In this document: positions 1 through 11,817 of the stretch, one piece after another | Numbering within the stretch: the stretch's first letter is position 1 | Layout: every line of letters starts with the position of its first letter | Source of the DNA: Phyllobates terribilis | Lineage: Eukaryota | Length of the DNA stretch: 64,000 bases | Reading direction: 5' to 3' | Assembly (NCBI RefSeq): GCF_046119375.1 | Contig: NW_027362772.1 | Span: forward strand, 254,200,001 to 254,264,000 | Program-made: the position numbers and the translations under genes | Notes under the pieces: generated by a model | Databases searched by the model: none | Told to the model about the DNA's origin: nothing | What the model saw: only the letters and a program-made list of their open reading frames with translations

Positions 1-1939
1 GAGATTTTCTAACACTGCCCTTCTTAATAGAGCCTCCTCAACGTTTCTGCAGTTTCTAAATATGTCCTATGCAGCGTCTGATGTCCTGCACCACCTCCTC
101 TTCAGGGCTTTTTCACTAATTCTGAGGGTCACCACATATCACACCATCATTGTTATTCTTCTTCCCTGGCACAGCAGGGCTTCTCCACATTCCCCTATGG
201 CCGCTGCCTTCTGCTGTGCTCCACGTTGGGTTTTACAAGTGGCCCCGAGTGCTTCCATGACATCATCTTCTTAGACCTATATAAGGCCCACTAAGACACA
301 CGCATATCTTTGTTTTAAGACTCCTAGTCCTGATTTTTGCTGTGCTCGTTTATCAGCTCCTGGCCTCTATCTGACTTGTGACACTGCATACCTGCTGCCT
401 TCATTGCTTCCGACTTTCCTGTGTCCTCTCTGCACCAGTCCTCCTGCGATCTCCAGTGATCCAAGTCCTCGCTCCACATGTGCCCTCCTGCCTGCTACAC
501 CAACGCTGAGGGTCCGTGTGCCCACCCAGATCTGAGACTCAGAGGATCCACCTCATCTGGTGAGCCTAGCAATAATTATGTCATGTAGACTGGAGGATAT
601 GGACCATTTGGCCTACAATGAAAGTGGCCCTGATCAAGGGCTTGAATGTTAAAATTTACTACAACTTAGTCCTGTTCGCAGAATTGGCCAACAGATAAAG
701 ATGACAATGTTAGCCCTCCTGACACTTCTGACTGGCCAAGACGGCTGACTAGGGACATCTAATTTTGTGAGGTCTATCGCAGTAGCTGGGCAATCCATGA
801 AGGACCACAGTACTAGCAGTGTGGTGAAGGAGGGGAATAAGACCAATTCTTCAAAAGCCACAGTGGGGCGTAGCTGAAATTCTGAGACAACTCCTTTAAA
901 GAGATATTCCCACCACTGAAAATTATAGATCACATTATTAATGTCTGATAGATTTGTGGGAGAAAGAGGAGCAGCGGCTGCTTTCTGCTTTCATAACCAC
1001 TATAGACTTTAAAGACTTGCAATTCTTTTTTTCCATCAAGACAAGTTCTGGAACATTGCAAATAATTTTATTATTTTTCCTGAGCGTTTCTACATCTTCC
1101 TGGCAGAAAAAAAATGCATGCGGATTGTACATGCGGATTGTACATGCGTTTTCCTGCCAGGGACATGCGGATGTGAAGCGTCCTTCACATGCATTTCCGC
1201 ATGCGGGTTGTCAAGCGCTTTCCAAGCGATTGTAGCATCACTTGGAAAAGTGCTTGACAACTTGGTCACACTATATAAATCCATGCAAACGGCATGGATT
1301 TATATAGTGTGACCAAATTACGATGCTGCAAATGCAGCGTCAATAGTAAAAAAAAAAAGAATAAAATGGTGAAAAATAAAAGAAACATTAAACTCACCTT
1401 CCGATGGCCCCCAGTCTCCTTCTCCGGTAGCTCGCGGTGGTGTAAAAGGACCTCCTTCCATGACCTGTCAGATGACGTCATAGAAGGTCCTTTTACCACC
1501 GCAAGCAGCCGAAGACACCGGACGCACCGTACAGGAGACTGGGGGACATCGGAAGGTGAGTATATGTTTTTTTTTTTTAATTTTAATTCTTTTTTTAACC
1601 ACAGGTACTATGGTACCCGGGTCTGGAGGAGTCTCTCCTCTTCTCCAGACCCAGGTACCATCCGCGCATTAATCGCATAAGATCCGCATGACTACACATA
1701 GCCATGCGGATATTATGCGATTTAATGCAAGTCAATGGCGGCAATTACGCCACGATTCCGCAAAATAAATGGTAGTGCTGCGGATTTTTCCGCAATGATA
1801 ATCCACAGCGGAAATGTCCAAAGCATGTGCACTGCACATGTGGATTATCATTGGGGACCATTGCAGACCTTCTACCAAGTGTTTTTAAGCGTTTCCGTGG
1901 CGAAATTGCCGCGGAAAGGCTATGGGAGAAAGTGGTCTT

Positions 1940-3140
1940 AGAAACTCTATATACTTTGCCGAGGTCATTTTCCCACCTTCAGGAACCCTAAAGGGCCTTC
2001 CAGCACTCTCCCCAAAACTCCGGCCCAAAACATGACTCCGCCACCTCCTTGCTGATATTGCAGCCTTGTTGGGACATGATGGCCATCCACCAACCATCCA
2101 GGATTGCATGGCACTCATCAGTAAACAAGACTGTTTTCATGTATGTCTGGGCTCACTGCAACCATTTCTGCTTGTGAGCACTGTTTAGGGGTGGCCGAAT
2201 ACTAGGCTTATGCACAACTACAGCCTCTGGAGGATCCTACACCTCGAGGTTCGGAGGACTCCAGAGGCAGCTTCAAATACAAGTTTGCTGCTTTGTAATA
2301 GTATTTTACCAGCTGCTCTCTAAATCCAATGAATATATCTGGCAGAAACCTTCCTCATTATACCTTTATCTGCACTAACCTGTCTGTGCTCTGTATTAGC
2401 CACATATCTCTTCACAGTACGATGATCACGCTTAAGTTTTCGTGAAATATCGAATATTTTCATATCTTGTCTGAAGCTGTTACGATACTGGCGTAGTACT
2501 GCTGGAAACCAGTGGCCAAAGGAGCACGAGCATAACAGCAAGCGGTAGTAGAAGTTCATGTAGTTAGCAAAAGGAGTTGTAGGAAACAATCCATAAATAG
2601 GTGAGAACAATCTAGGAAAGTATGTTCAGGAGCTTGGAAACTATGCTAAGAGCTAGACACAATACTCAAGCAATGAGTGAGAGATCCATGCGGCTTTAAG
2701 TAGGCCCAAACAGGAAACAAGATGGATCCCACAGGTTCATAATCTGCCATCTTAGTAAAGGGCAATTGCAGAACCCAACAGCAGCCTCCAGTGGTAAGGA
2801 GTGGGATTGCAGCACAATTATTAAGGTAAACAATAGCAGCCACTAGTGGTCAAACTGTAGAAGGACAACTGGAATTTTGACAGAAGCATTGCACTATGTG
2901 ATGCTTTTTGGCAGCAGAGATCCTTTTCCTTTCCCATATTGCTTGAAACCTGTCGCTGCTTAATAATGTGGAATATCTTTCTTAAGTAGTTTTCCTTTAA
3001 TTGGGTACCTGGCAAACTAATTATCACAGCTGTTTGAGATTGATTTCAGTGATCAAAAAAACCCTGAGACACAAACTATCCATGAGGTTATTTGAAAAGC
3101 AAAAAAATTACATCTTTATGACACTTAAATCCAATTTGAA
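1940..3140 (-). mobile_element. Decayed, 3'-truncated Tc1/mariner transposon remnant, interrupted by about 400 bp of unrelated sequence (~2480-2890)
   Basis: Minus-strand fragments read MGKEKDL (~2936), DISRKLKRDHRTVKRYVA..ADKGIMRKVSAR (2320-2470) and PFRVPEGGKMTSAKYIEFL (1940-2000), resembling the HTH and early catalytic region of Tc1-like transposases. Frameshifted; no right end seen; boundaries approximate. Confidence 0.7.
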
Positions 3141-5608
3141 TTATAACTTGGAACTCGGGCAGTGTATATAGAGGCTTGTTAACAGTCATTGTACAGGAGG
3201 AGGAGGTGAGCTGTGACATCACCTATGTGAATGGGGGATCCTGTGTTATCTACTGTATATAGAGGTGTTAACAGTCATTGTACAGGAGGAGGAGGTGAGC
3301 TGTGACATCATCTATTGTGAATGGTGGCTCCTGTGCCTGTGATGATAATGAGACTGATGAAAAGTCCGCTGTATAGAATAGAAAGTGTAAGTGGAGTATT
3401 AGGCCTAGATGTCAGTGTGAAAATTACAAAATTTCAGTTTTTTAAAGATAATGAAATAAAATAAAATATTTTCTGATGTCACAATCCCTTTAAAGCAGAT
3501 TTCTCCATCAGTATAATTTCTGGTACATGTCATACCATCCTGTGATAATGCATGCAGTTTGTCTATTTGGCACAGAAATACTTTGGTCCTTGTGATCGTA
3601 TTGAAACTCTAGAAAATAACATCTACAAATGATTTCCTGATAAATGATACGAAACGATCATGATTCATATCAAGATGAAAATCTCCATATTTAAAGGATT
3701 TTTTTTTTTGCAAATTCAGTCGCACCAAGTAGATTAGTTTATCGTTTTATTGGTCACACGGAATGGTGTCATTTGTTTGTGCCCCATTTATATCATAGAG
3801 ACATTATAATGAAGTGGAGGTAGAAAATGCAAGTTCAAAGCAAATATCACAAAACACTGGACATACATCTTTGAAGGATTTTCAGATATACTGTATATAC
3901 ATACACAATGCAAAGTCTGAGCCCCGGTATATAGGCCAGGGGAACATACTGCACAGTAATGTACACCAGACAGTGACAGAACAGAGATATAAAAAGACAA
4001 GGCTCCTAGACATTCTAGATTATATATATAATACAGCATTATTCATTGCATTGTCACATTTCGCAAGAGAAGACTCCTCAACTATTTGGTCCATCCATGC
4101 ATCTTCTTAACCTGTAGGGCAGCAGTATGGATTTTCAGCATGGGTATAGCCATCACAACATGAGGGACTCCTTTCAGTTATTAGTAAATGGTGAATGGGT
4201 TGGGAATTGGAAATTTCCAGACTGTGGAGAGAGGAGAAAGTATCTACAGTTGCAGAGAGCACAGAAAACAGGCTGTACATAAGGACAGCACATGAATAGG
4301 AAATATGTGCAGGATAGAAGCTGTGCTGATACATGAGCTAATGAAGGCAGCAGCTCATTGGATACACTTACAACCTATATTACTGGGAGAGACAATCCCA
4401 GAAGTGAAAAATCTGAAGCTTGTATCAGGCTGCTAACTGCACATCAGGGAGTCTGATATAAAGCAATGAACATTGTGATTTTTAACTAAAAGGTAAATAG
4501 CTGAAAAAAAAATTCTCATGTCAAAAGGTGTCCATAGCCTTTAAAGAAGATCTGTCACTATATTTCGCACTACAAACTATATAGTTTATATGGCTCCCTT
4601 AGATTTGATGAGGTTGATGTACTTACTGTGATAATCCATGTCAGATTGCCTGTATAATCCTTTTTTGAATGTTTAAACTCTCATTCCTACCCACCTACCC
4701 TGATTGACATCTCCAGAGTGTCCCTCCTCCCTGTTGAGATCTCACCCTGCTCAGTACAAGCTGCAGATGTCTGTCTGGCTGGGTGGGCAGCATGAATCAC
4801 CCAACAGGTTCCCTTTCAAGAACCATTCTTTTTGGGATGTCATTGAACAAGTATGGCCAGTACAGACAACTGTAAAGTGCTACATGGACGAAAAAGTGTC
4901 AGGCTGCAACTGCGGAACGATCGATTGTCCGACCATCATTGGATTCCCGTCTAATGTCCATGGCCTCCTCTAGGAAAGATGTCCAGATGGAGTCGAGATT
5001 GTTGAGGAGACCTGACCCTGGATTCTAGAATGGCAGCAGAGCGTCAGTAAATTCAGTCCCAGCTCTCCACCTGTACAGCACAGCCATGATGCGACAGAGC
5101 ATCTTGTAAAAAATGTACTGATTAAAAGATGAAACCATCAGTGTGTAATAAACCAGTAAAACCCACAGAGATAGAACTGATATTTATACAAAAACCATGG
5201 CAACTGTCCTCCAGAAATAGCGCCACTCCTCTCCATGGGTCGTTTCTGGTATTGCGGTTTTATTAAATTTAAAGTGGATTGAGCTGAAATACCAAAAACA
5301 ACCTGTGGACAGGAGTGGTGCTGTTTTTAGAAGGAGGCAGCCATCTTGTTCTAATCTTTCTGGTTATTATGCTATGGGGCCAGGAGAGACCTCAGAACAT
5401 AAACATTTTTTAAAATGCAAATCGGGACACATTTAATGAAAAAAATTCAGTGTGAATCAGGTTTACCTGTTGAATTCGAGCAAGTTTGTCAAATTCATTC
5501 AAAGTTACAGCAAAAAAAAAAAAAAAGGTCTAGGGAATGTTGGTAACAGCAATGCCATCATTTCTGAAGAACTTGAGTCCATGATTAAAGTTGACCTTGG
5601 GAGAACGT

Positions 5609-7631
5609 TCACGGGAGATCGAGAAGGTTGTGTTGGGAGTAAAGTTCTTGGGTGAAATCGTAGACATTGGACACGTATGGCATGGCTTCTCCAAGCATGT
5701 CCACCACGTCTTCTGCCGTCCCGACGTTCATCACTTCAAAGAACGTGTTCCGTACGGGAAGGGCGAGGAAGGCCACGGTGGCGGTTTTCCGTATGATCCA
5801 AGGGTGGTAGTTGGCCAGAGAGTCACTGTAGGCCTCACAGCACAAGGTGGAGGTCTTACTGTCTTCACTACTTGTTCTTAACTTCTCCAGAAAGAGCTGA
5901 AGCCATCGCAACGCTCGGTGCAACCTAAGAATCGTACGGCAGCCAGACTCCGGGTTACTGCCTCGTTTGGTCACATCCACCGAATTAGCGCTGAGCTCGT
6001 ACTCCACCATGGACTGGAGCGTCCGATACCGCTCTCCATTTTCACCTTTTAGGTAATTTTCCATGATTTGAATCTTGTTTACAGCATCTTTAGAAACGAA
6101 AGAAAAGATTGTACCCAGGCTGTTCATAAAGCTACAAGGGGAAAAAATAAAAAATAAGGTTACTGTGAAATAAAAGTAAAATGTCCACCGTCATAGGAAA
6201 GTATAGTGAACATCACAAATCCCCTGCACTTACATTACTACATTCAGACTACCTGCTGCTGCCACAAGGGGGAGCTCACTGCATACAGTATCATTACAGA
6301 ACTCAATATGTAAACAATATGTGGTAAGTGCCACCTAGTGGTGACAGCACCTATTTTTTTTTTTTAAAGGGAATCTATCAGTAGGTTTTTGCTTTGTGAT
6401 CTGAGAGCAGCATAATTTAGGGGCAGATACCCTGATTCCAGGGATGTGTCACTTGATCAGCAACTTGCTGTAGTTTCGATACAATAAGCAGATTATCACT
6501 ACTGGACTATGTGTCGCGTGCCACAGTCCAGCTAATCTGTGTAACCCCGCCCCCATCACTGATTGGCAGTCTGATGACAGTGTACACAGGACACTGCCAA
6601 TCAGTGGTGTGGGCGGGGTTATACACAGCTCAGAGTTCTGAGCTCTGCAGAAGAAAACAGGGATTCTATAAAAACTACAGCAAGCAGCCTGGTAAGTGAT
6701 ACATCACTGGAATCAGCGTCTCTGCCTCTAAATCATGCTGTTCTCGGATTACATAGAAAAAACCTGCTGACATAGTCCTTTAAATACAGAAAACGAGGAC
6801 ATAATTCTGAATTTTAATATTGCAATTCCTGTTTCTGAAGTGCAGCATGGAATACCAAACTTTTAAACAATATTTCAGAGGCAGTTGTAGCTACCCAAAG
6901 ATCAATCTCTAGGCTTTAGGGAGGAGAAGTCCATATATTATATGGCATGAGACAGTGCAGAGCAGTGACGGCCGGGTGGACCAACAAGAGAGCTCCGGAG
7001 TAGCTGGGGATTAAAAGGTAAGAACGATTTTACTTCTGTGACTAGTAGTACGGCTGTATAGGTCCTTGTACAACAATACAAATAATACCTGTCTTATAGT
7101 AATCAGATGTCCCTGCGCTGAGAAATCAAGCTTTGAAAGCACATGCAAATTAGCCTGGAAGTGCACTGGGGGTGTGGTCTGGGCTTTGTGAAGTGACACG
7201 CCCTCGATGCACTTCCAGGCTAATTTACATGTGGTTTCAATGTTTAATTTCTCTGCACTGACAGATCAGATTACTACAAGACAGGTATCATTTCTATCGT
7301 TGCATCAGGACCTACCCAGCCGTATAAGTGGGAGGTCAGTCCGCTCGGACCCTCATTAATTGCTAAAAAAGTAAAAAGAGTAAAAGTGGTCATCTATGTG
7401 ATCTGCTCAATGGCTTCAGCCGGTGTTGTAGACTTTTAACAGAGCAGCTGTGAGGGATTGGGGGTCCCAGCAATCAGACCCCAAATGCCGGAGACGGGAC
7501 ACTCACCGGACCAATCCCTTCCACCCATTCAGATAATGTTCTACAATCACGTCTTGATCATCTTCTACCAAACAAGCCTTGAAGCTGACGAGGACCTCTC
7601 GGAGCGTGAACTTCTCTTCTGTAGTGGACAT
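5609..7631 (-). CDS. CPTP: Ceramide-1-phosphate transfer protein (GLTP domain), 215 aa, two coding exons
   Basis: Coding exons 7631-7507 (MSTTEEKFTLREVLVSFKACL...GWKGLVR, donor GTGAGT) and 6131-5609 (acceptor TTGTAG; FMNSLGTIFSFVSKD...SGCRTILRLHRALRWL...YHPWIIRK...HNLLDLP*). 125+523=648 nt, frame-consistent. Head-to-head with INTS11 as in mammals. Confidence 0.95.
6364..6783. mobile_element. T2/Kolobok-type MITE with TTAA ends
   Basis: Left TTAA-AGGGAATCTATCAGTAGGTTTT; right end reverse-complements to TTAA-AGGACTATGTCAGCAGGTTTT; non-coding interior with internal inverted repeats. Confidence 0.6.
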
Positions 7632-7727
7632 GCTGGCGCTGACCGGACTCCGGCTACGGAACCTGGATGGAGGGACGTCCATTAATACCATACAATAAAG
7701 CTGACATGATAAGCAGGTAACGCTCAC

Positions 7728-7826
7728 CGCTGCTCTCTGATCTCACAGGACCCATGTCCTGCAGAATCCTGGAAGATTTCTTGTAACAGCTGCAGTTTTG
7801 TCCAGGAGAAGTGAAGCATCTCATAG
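7728..7826 (-). other. CPTP: Candidate 5'-UTR exon of CPTP
   Basis: Acceptor CTCACAG before 7826 with a pyrimidine tract, donor GTGAGC at 7727-7722, then a 65-nt intron to acceptor CCATCCAG at 7663. No transcript evidence. Confidence 0.35.
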
Positions 7827-10037
7827 CTGTGAGCACATATTGACAAGAAGCAGAGAGGAGAAAGCTCAAACCGCAGCGTTAACCCCTTCCCACTCCGTGC
7901 CTTGGAGCGGGTGTATGGGACTGATCACATAGGGCAGATGACGGCTGTGCCATACAGCCAACTCTGATCACTGCGGCTGTCAATCTCCGACAGCAGCATT
8001 TAAATGGTTCCTCACTGCCCTAATCCTGGCGTGATCTCAGGGGGCCTTATATAGGCCGCCATCGCCACCATCTTGGTGCCATAGGCCGGGCATCATAAGT
8101 GTGATTTTTATATATTATATAATATATTATTATATATTGCACTATATAATATATATAGTGCAAGACAAAAGTAACCAAACAATTAAAAGGATCAAATAAT
8201 ACAAGTGAAAAAGTGAGAAAAAAAAAAAGTTTATACATTTAAAGAAACTTTTTTTTTTTTTTACTTTTTAGCGAAAATAGTTGCATGCTTAAATTTGGGA
8301 AAAAAATGTCACTTACATAAAAATCACTCCGGGGTTAAAGAGGGAGGGGAGTGGGGACAGGGGAACATTTGCACAAAAATGTATGACTTTAAAAAGTTGC
8401 ACTTGTTGAATAAGCTAAAAACACCTGGAAACCTCAAAACGGTGAAATATAAAGCAAAACACACAAAATAGACTTTAAAAAGCGTGAAAATTTACAGAAG
8501 ATTAAGGAGCGAATTAAAAACAGAAAAATACTAGAAGGAAGACGCACAAAAGGTGCAAATGCAATAATGAATTGGGGTCATTGAGGGTCTTTTATTTTTC
8601 ACGAGATCCAAGAACCATAAGGGCTGTTTTTAAGAACTTGGACAAAACCAAAGAAATGAGCCGGAGCATAAGCTGGTATATGTGCAATGAACAGGAGCGT
8701 GTTCACACTGTGGCCATTTAACAGACAAAACCCAAGAAAAAACAAAATAAGCATAAACCCTGTAATAAGTGAACAGTAATATTACATGTATATAACATAG
8801 GATACTTAGGTAACACTATTTGGATCAAAAAAGCATAAAAGCCATCCCACCACGACGGTCCTATCTTCTAGAATTAAAACCTTATTTTGTGCCAACCGAC
8901 CTCAATATAGATGTGGGCAGAGTAGGACCAGGGCTTGACTGTTCAGACGCCCAAAACTTGGAGCAAAAAAAAAAAAAGCGGCAAGTGCTGAATCTACCTC
9001 TGTATAAAGGGACACTATGGGGCCATCTGTCTATGTGTATGGCACAGGGATGGCGTACACCAATATGCTAAGGCGGACAGTGGCTTAACCATAGTCTCTG
9101 TGTCTGCCATGCCTATTAGGCTCTGCCAGAGGAGGGATTTAATAGGCTGCCTGTCAGTGTTACACTGCCCCCTACTGGCTGCTTCCTTGCATTCAGCACA
9201 TGCGTAGATACAGATGGCAGAGTCTTGTAACGCCAGCACACAGCCTTATAGAGAAGAGGGCGCAGCCAGGATCAGTGGCGGTCCCAGCTTCATCACTACC
9301 GCGCCATGACAGTGGCCACTTGTGGGTGATTAGTAGTCACACACCTGGAAATCAGGAAATATGAGCGGTTGCCATGTTCTCACAGCCAGGAGCAGGAGAC
9401 ACTCCTGGAGAGCTGTCAGCACGACCTGCTCTACCATCCCAGGCACTGCAGGCATTTAAAGGGCCGGTACACAAACAGTCACAGCAATTTATAATCCGAG
9501 CTGCTGTCACCATTAATACAACTGGATTCCTTTCCAAACTTCCCGTCCGCAATCCCATAGGCTGATAACAGAGAACAACAGACAATAATTTAAGACTTTA
9601 GGTTTAGTTACTTTAAAGCCTCAATGATCAGACCATTTTTTTTCTTTTTTTGCACTTTAATTTATTCCCCTTTACTTCCACTATTATTTTTTTATTGATG
9701 TCCATCCGCTATGGCGGTACAAGTTCTTTTTTGTTTATTCTGTAATTTTAAATGACGGCATTAATATTTCTATAGAATGTACCAGAAAACCAAAAAAAAA
9801 AAAAATCCAGGTAGGGTGAAATGGTGGAAAATAAAAACAAAGCGAAAACTGCAATATCGCCATAGTCATTCATTGTACAGTAAAAAGGTTGTTTGATTGA
9901 CACCATATTGGGGGCAGATAAGGTTTTGATCGCTTTTTTATTAATGGAAAAGCAGAGATCAAAGAGCAGACTGTACACAGAAATATTACATAGCAATTTC
10001 CTTGTGTGGAACTACAAGTCCCAGCGATGCCACTCAC

Positions 10038-10150
10038 CTGTTCGCTTGCGTCACCTGTCAGCTCTGCACTGACCCACCTACAACCCCCGCCACTGCCACA
10101 TTCCATCGCCACGCCCATTAGGTGCAACCATCCAATCACCACCGCAGCCT
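10038..10150 (-). other. CPTP: Putative non-coding first exon of CPTP (5' boundary approximate)
   Basis: Strong minus-strand donor CAG|GTGAGTG at 10038/10037, adjoining the CpG-rich promoter island. Confidence 0.55.
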
Positions 10151-10300
10151 TATTTCTCCCTGATCGTCGCCTCCAATAGAAAAACAGAAGGAAAAAACGC
10201 CCACTTCCTCTTTAAGCCCCGCCCTTGCTTTCCTATTGGTCATTTTGCCCATACCTTTTTCCACGCTGAGCTGATCACGTGACGCGATGACGTCAGTGTC
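10130..10300. promoter_or_regulatory. Bidirectional CPTP/INTS11 promoter
   Basis: CpG-rich segment between divergent donors. CCAAT at 10132 and 10173, ATTGG at 10235, GC box CCCCGCCC 10217-10224, ETS core ACTTCC ~10203, E-box TCACGTGA 10275-10282, palindromic CRE TGACGTCA 10288-10295. Confidence 0.75.
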
Positions 10301-10341
10301 ATGGCGCTGCCCAGGTGTGACGGTTAGTGGTGCAGCTGACG
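10290..10341 (+). other. INTS11: Putative non-coding first exon of INTS11 (start approximate)
   Basis: Donor ACG|GTGAGT at 10341/10342 just downstream of the promoter; the ATG-containing exon lies 7.3 kb further on. Confidence 0.6.
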
Positions 10342-11467
10342 GTGAGTATTGTGTGTGTGTGTGTGCGCGCGCACCTCTCTTGTGGCGGGACTCGGTTGCA
10401 TTATTTTTGCTGTTGTTATATAACGTTTCTCAGCAGTTGACTGGATGTCGGCCGACTTAGTCGCACAATGCAAGTTTGTGCGATTTTATTTGCCACTTTT
10501 ATCTATTTTTTTTATTTGGGGATTATAATGTTATAAGCAGCACTGCAGATGCTAACAATGGGGAAAGCAGCTCTACCTCACTGAAAGGCGAATGAAATAA
10601 CAGTCTTTCCTAATAGCTCTATGGTGGGCTGTTCCTCTATTATTCCTCCTGGCAATGGCTAAAATAAAGGTTGGGGTTGTGTCCTTTTACAGCCTAAAGT
10701 GTCTAATCTGGGCTGGCCATGGGGTAACAGCCCTAAGTCACACCCAGTTGTCAGTCAGTGCATTAGTACATTTTCCAGGAGGAATAATAGAGGAATAGCA
10801 CAATGTGGAGCACTTGCTCCAGACCTGAAAGTAAATGCTTGTATTCCCCATGAAAGGACAATTCTGAAGCATCGAGTACTGCACATTGTGTCATTCTTCT
10901 GTTATTCCTCCTGGAAATGTAAGAAAAGCTAAGAAATGTGGCTTTTCCCCTACACAATGTGTTGTCGTCAGCACAGATTATACAATGTCATGCTGTACAC
11001 ACATTCACATCTTAATACATTTCCAGCAGGAACAATAAAGGAAATGCCCATCATGCAGCTATTAGGAAAGATGCTCCGGAATTGTTATTTCATGAGGAAT
11101 GTGAGTATTTACTGACCTCCACATTTCAGGAGAGGTGACGGGAATTCTTTAAAGGGAACCTGTCCACTGATTCATGCTGCCCAAACCTCAGACAGCCACA
11201 CAGAAAAAGAACAAAGGCGTTAAATGGCTAAAAACAGTAAAAACATTTTATTAGACTACACCAAAAATGAATCTGAAGTATATAGGATGAAAGAAAATGG
11301 CACACTGGCTACCAGATAACAAGGGTATAAGGTGAGGTGGGTGTATGGAGGTAAACTTCACATATGATATGCTCAATAGAGCCACAATGCGCGTTTCGCA
11401 TATTTGTACATGTACCATCCATCTGAAGAAGCAACATCACTAATAGGTGAAACGTATGGCTGTAATG

Positions 11468-11650
11468 CTGTGTTTCCCAAACCCCATCCTCACGGCCCCC
11501 CACAGGTCATGTTTTCAGGATCTCCTTAGTATTGCACAGGTGAGAGAATTCCTGATGCCTTGATGATACTTAAGTCACCTGTGTAATACTAAGGAGATCC
11601 TGAAAACATGACCTGTGGGGGTCTGTGACGATGGGGTTTGGGAAACACTG
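11468..11650. mobile_element. Palindromic hAT-like MITE (183 bp)
   Basis: Ends C(T/A)GTGTTTCCCAAACCCCATC and GATGGGGTTTGGGAAACACTG; nearly the whole element folds back. Confidence 0.65.
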
Positions 11651-11817
11651 CTCTGAGTATTTGTGATGTTGCTTCTTCAGAGGGATGGTATATGTACAAA
11701 TATGCAAAACGCGCGTTGGGGCTCTTTTTCATGTCTGGCAACTAGTAGTGTACTAGGCTTGATGCCCTTTGAGGGGTAAGGTGGACTTCTCAACTAAAAT
11801 AAATAAATAAATATATA

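Noticed and set aside
270-940. Possible LTR or LINE fragment at the window start
   Set aside because: No paired termini, TSD or recognisable protein motif.
11423-11456. Second hammerhead-like core CTGAAGA..GAAACGTA
   Set aside because: Stem II gives at most two weak pairs and no stem I is evident; treated as a decayed Penelope-type relic.
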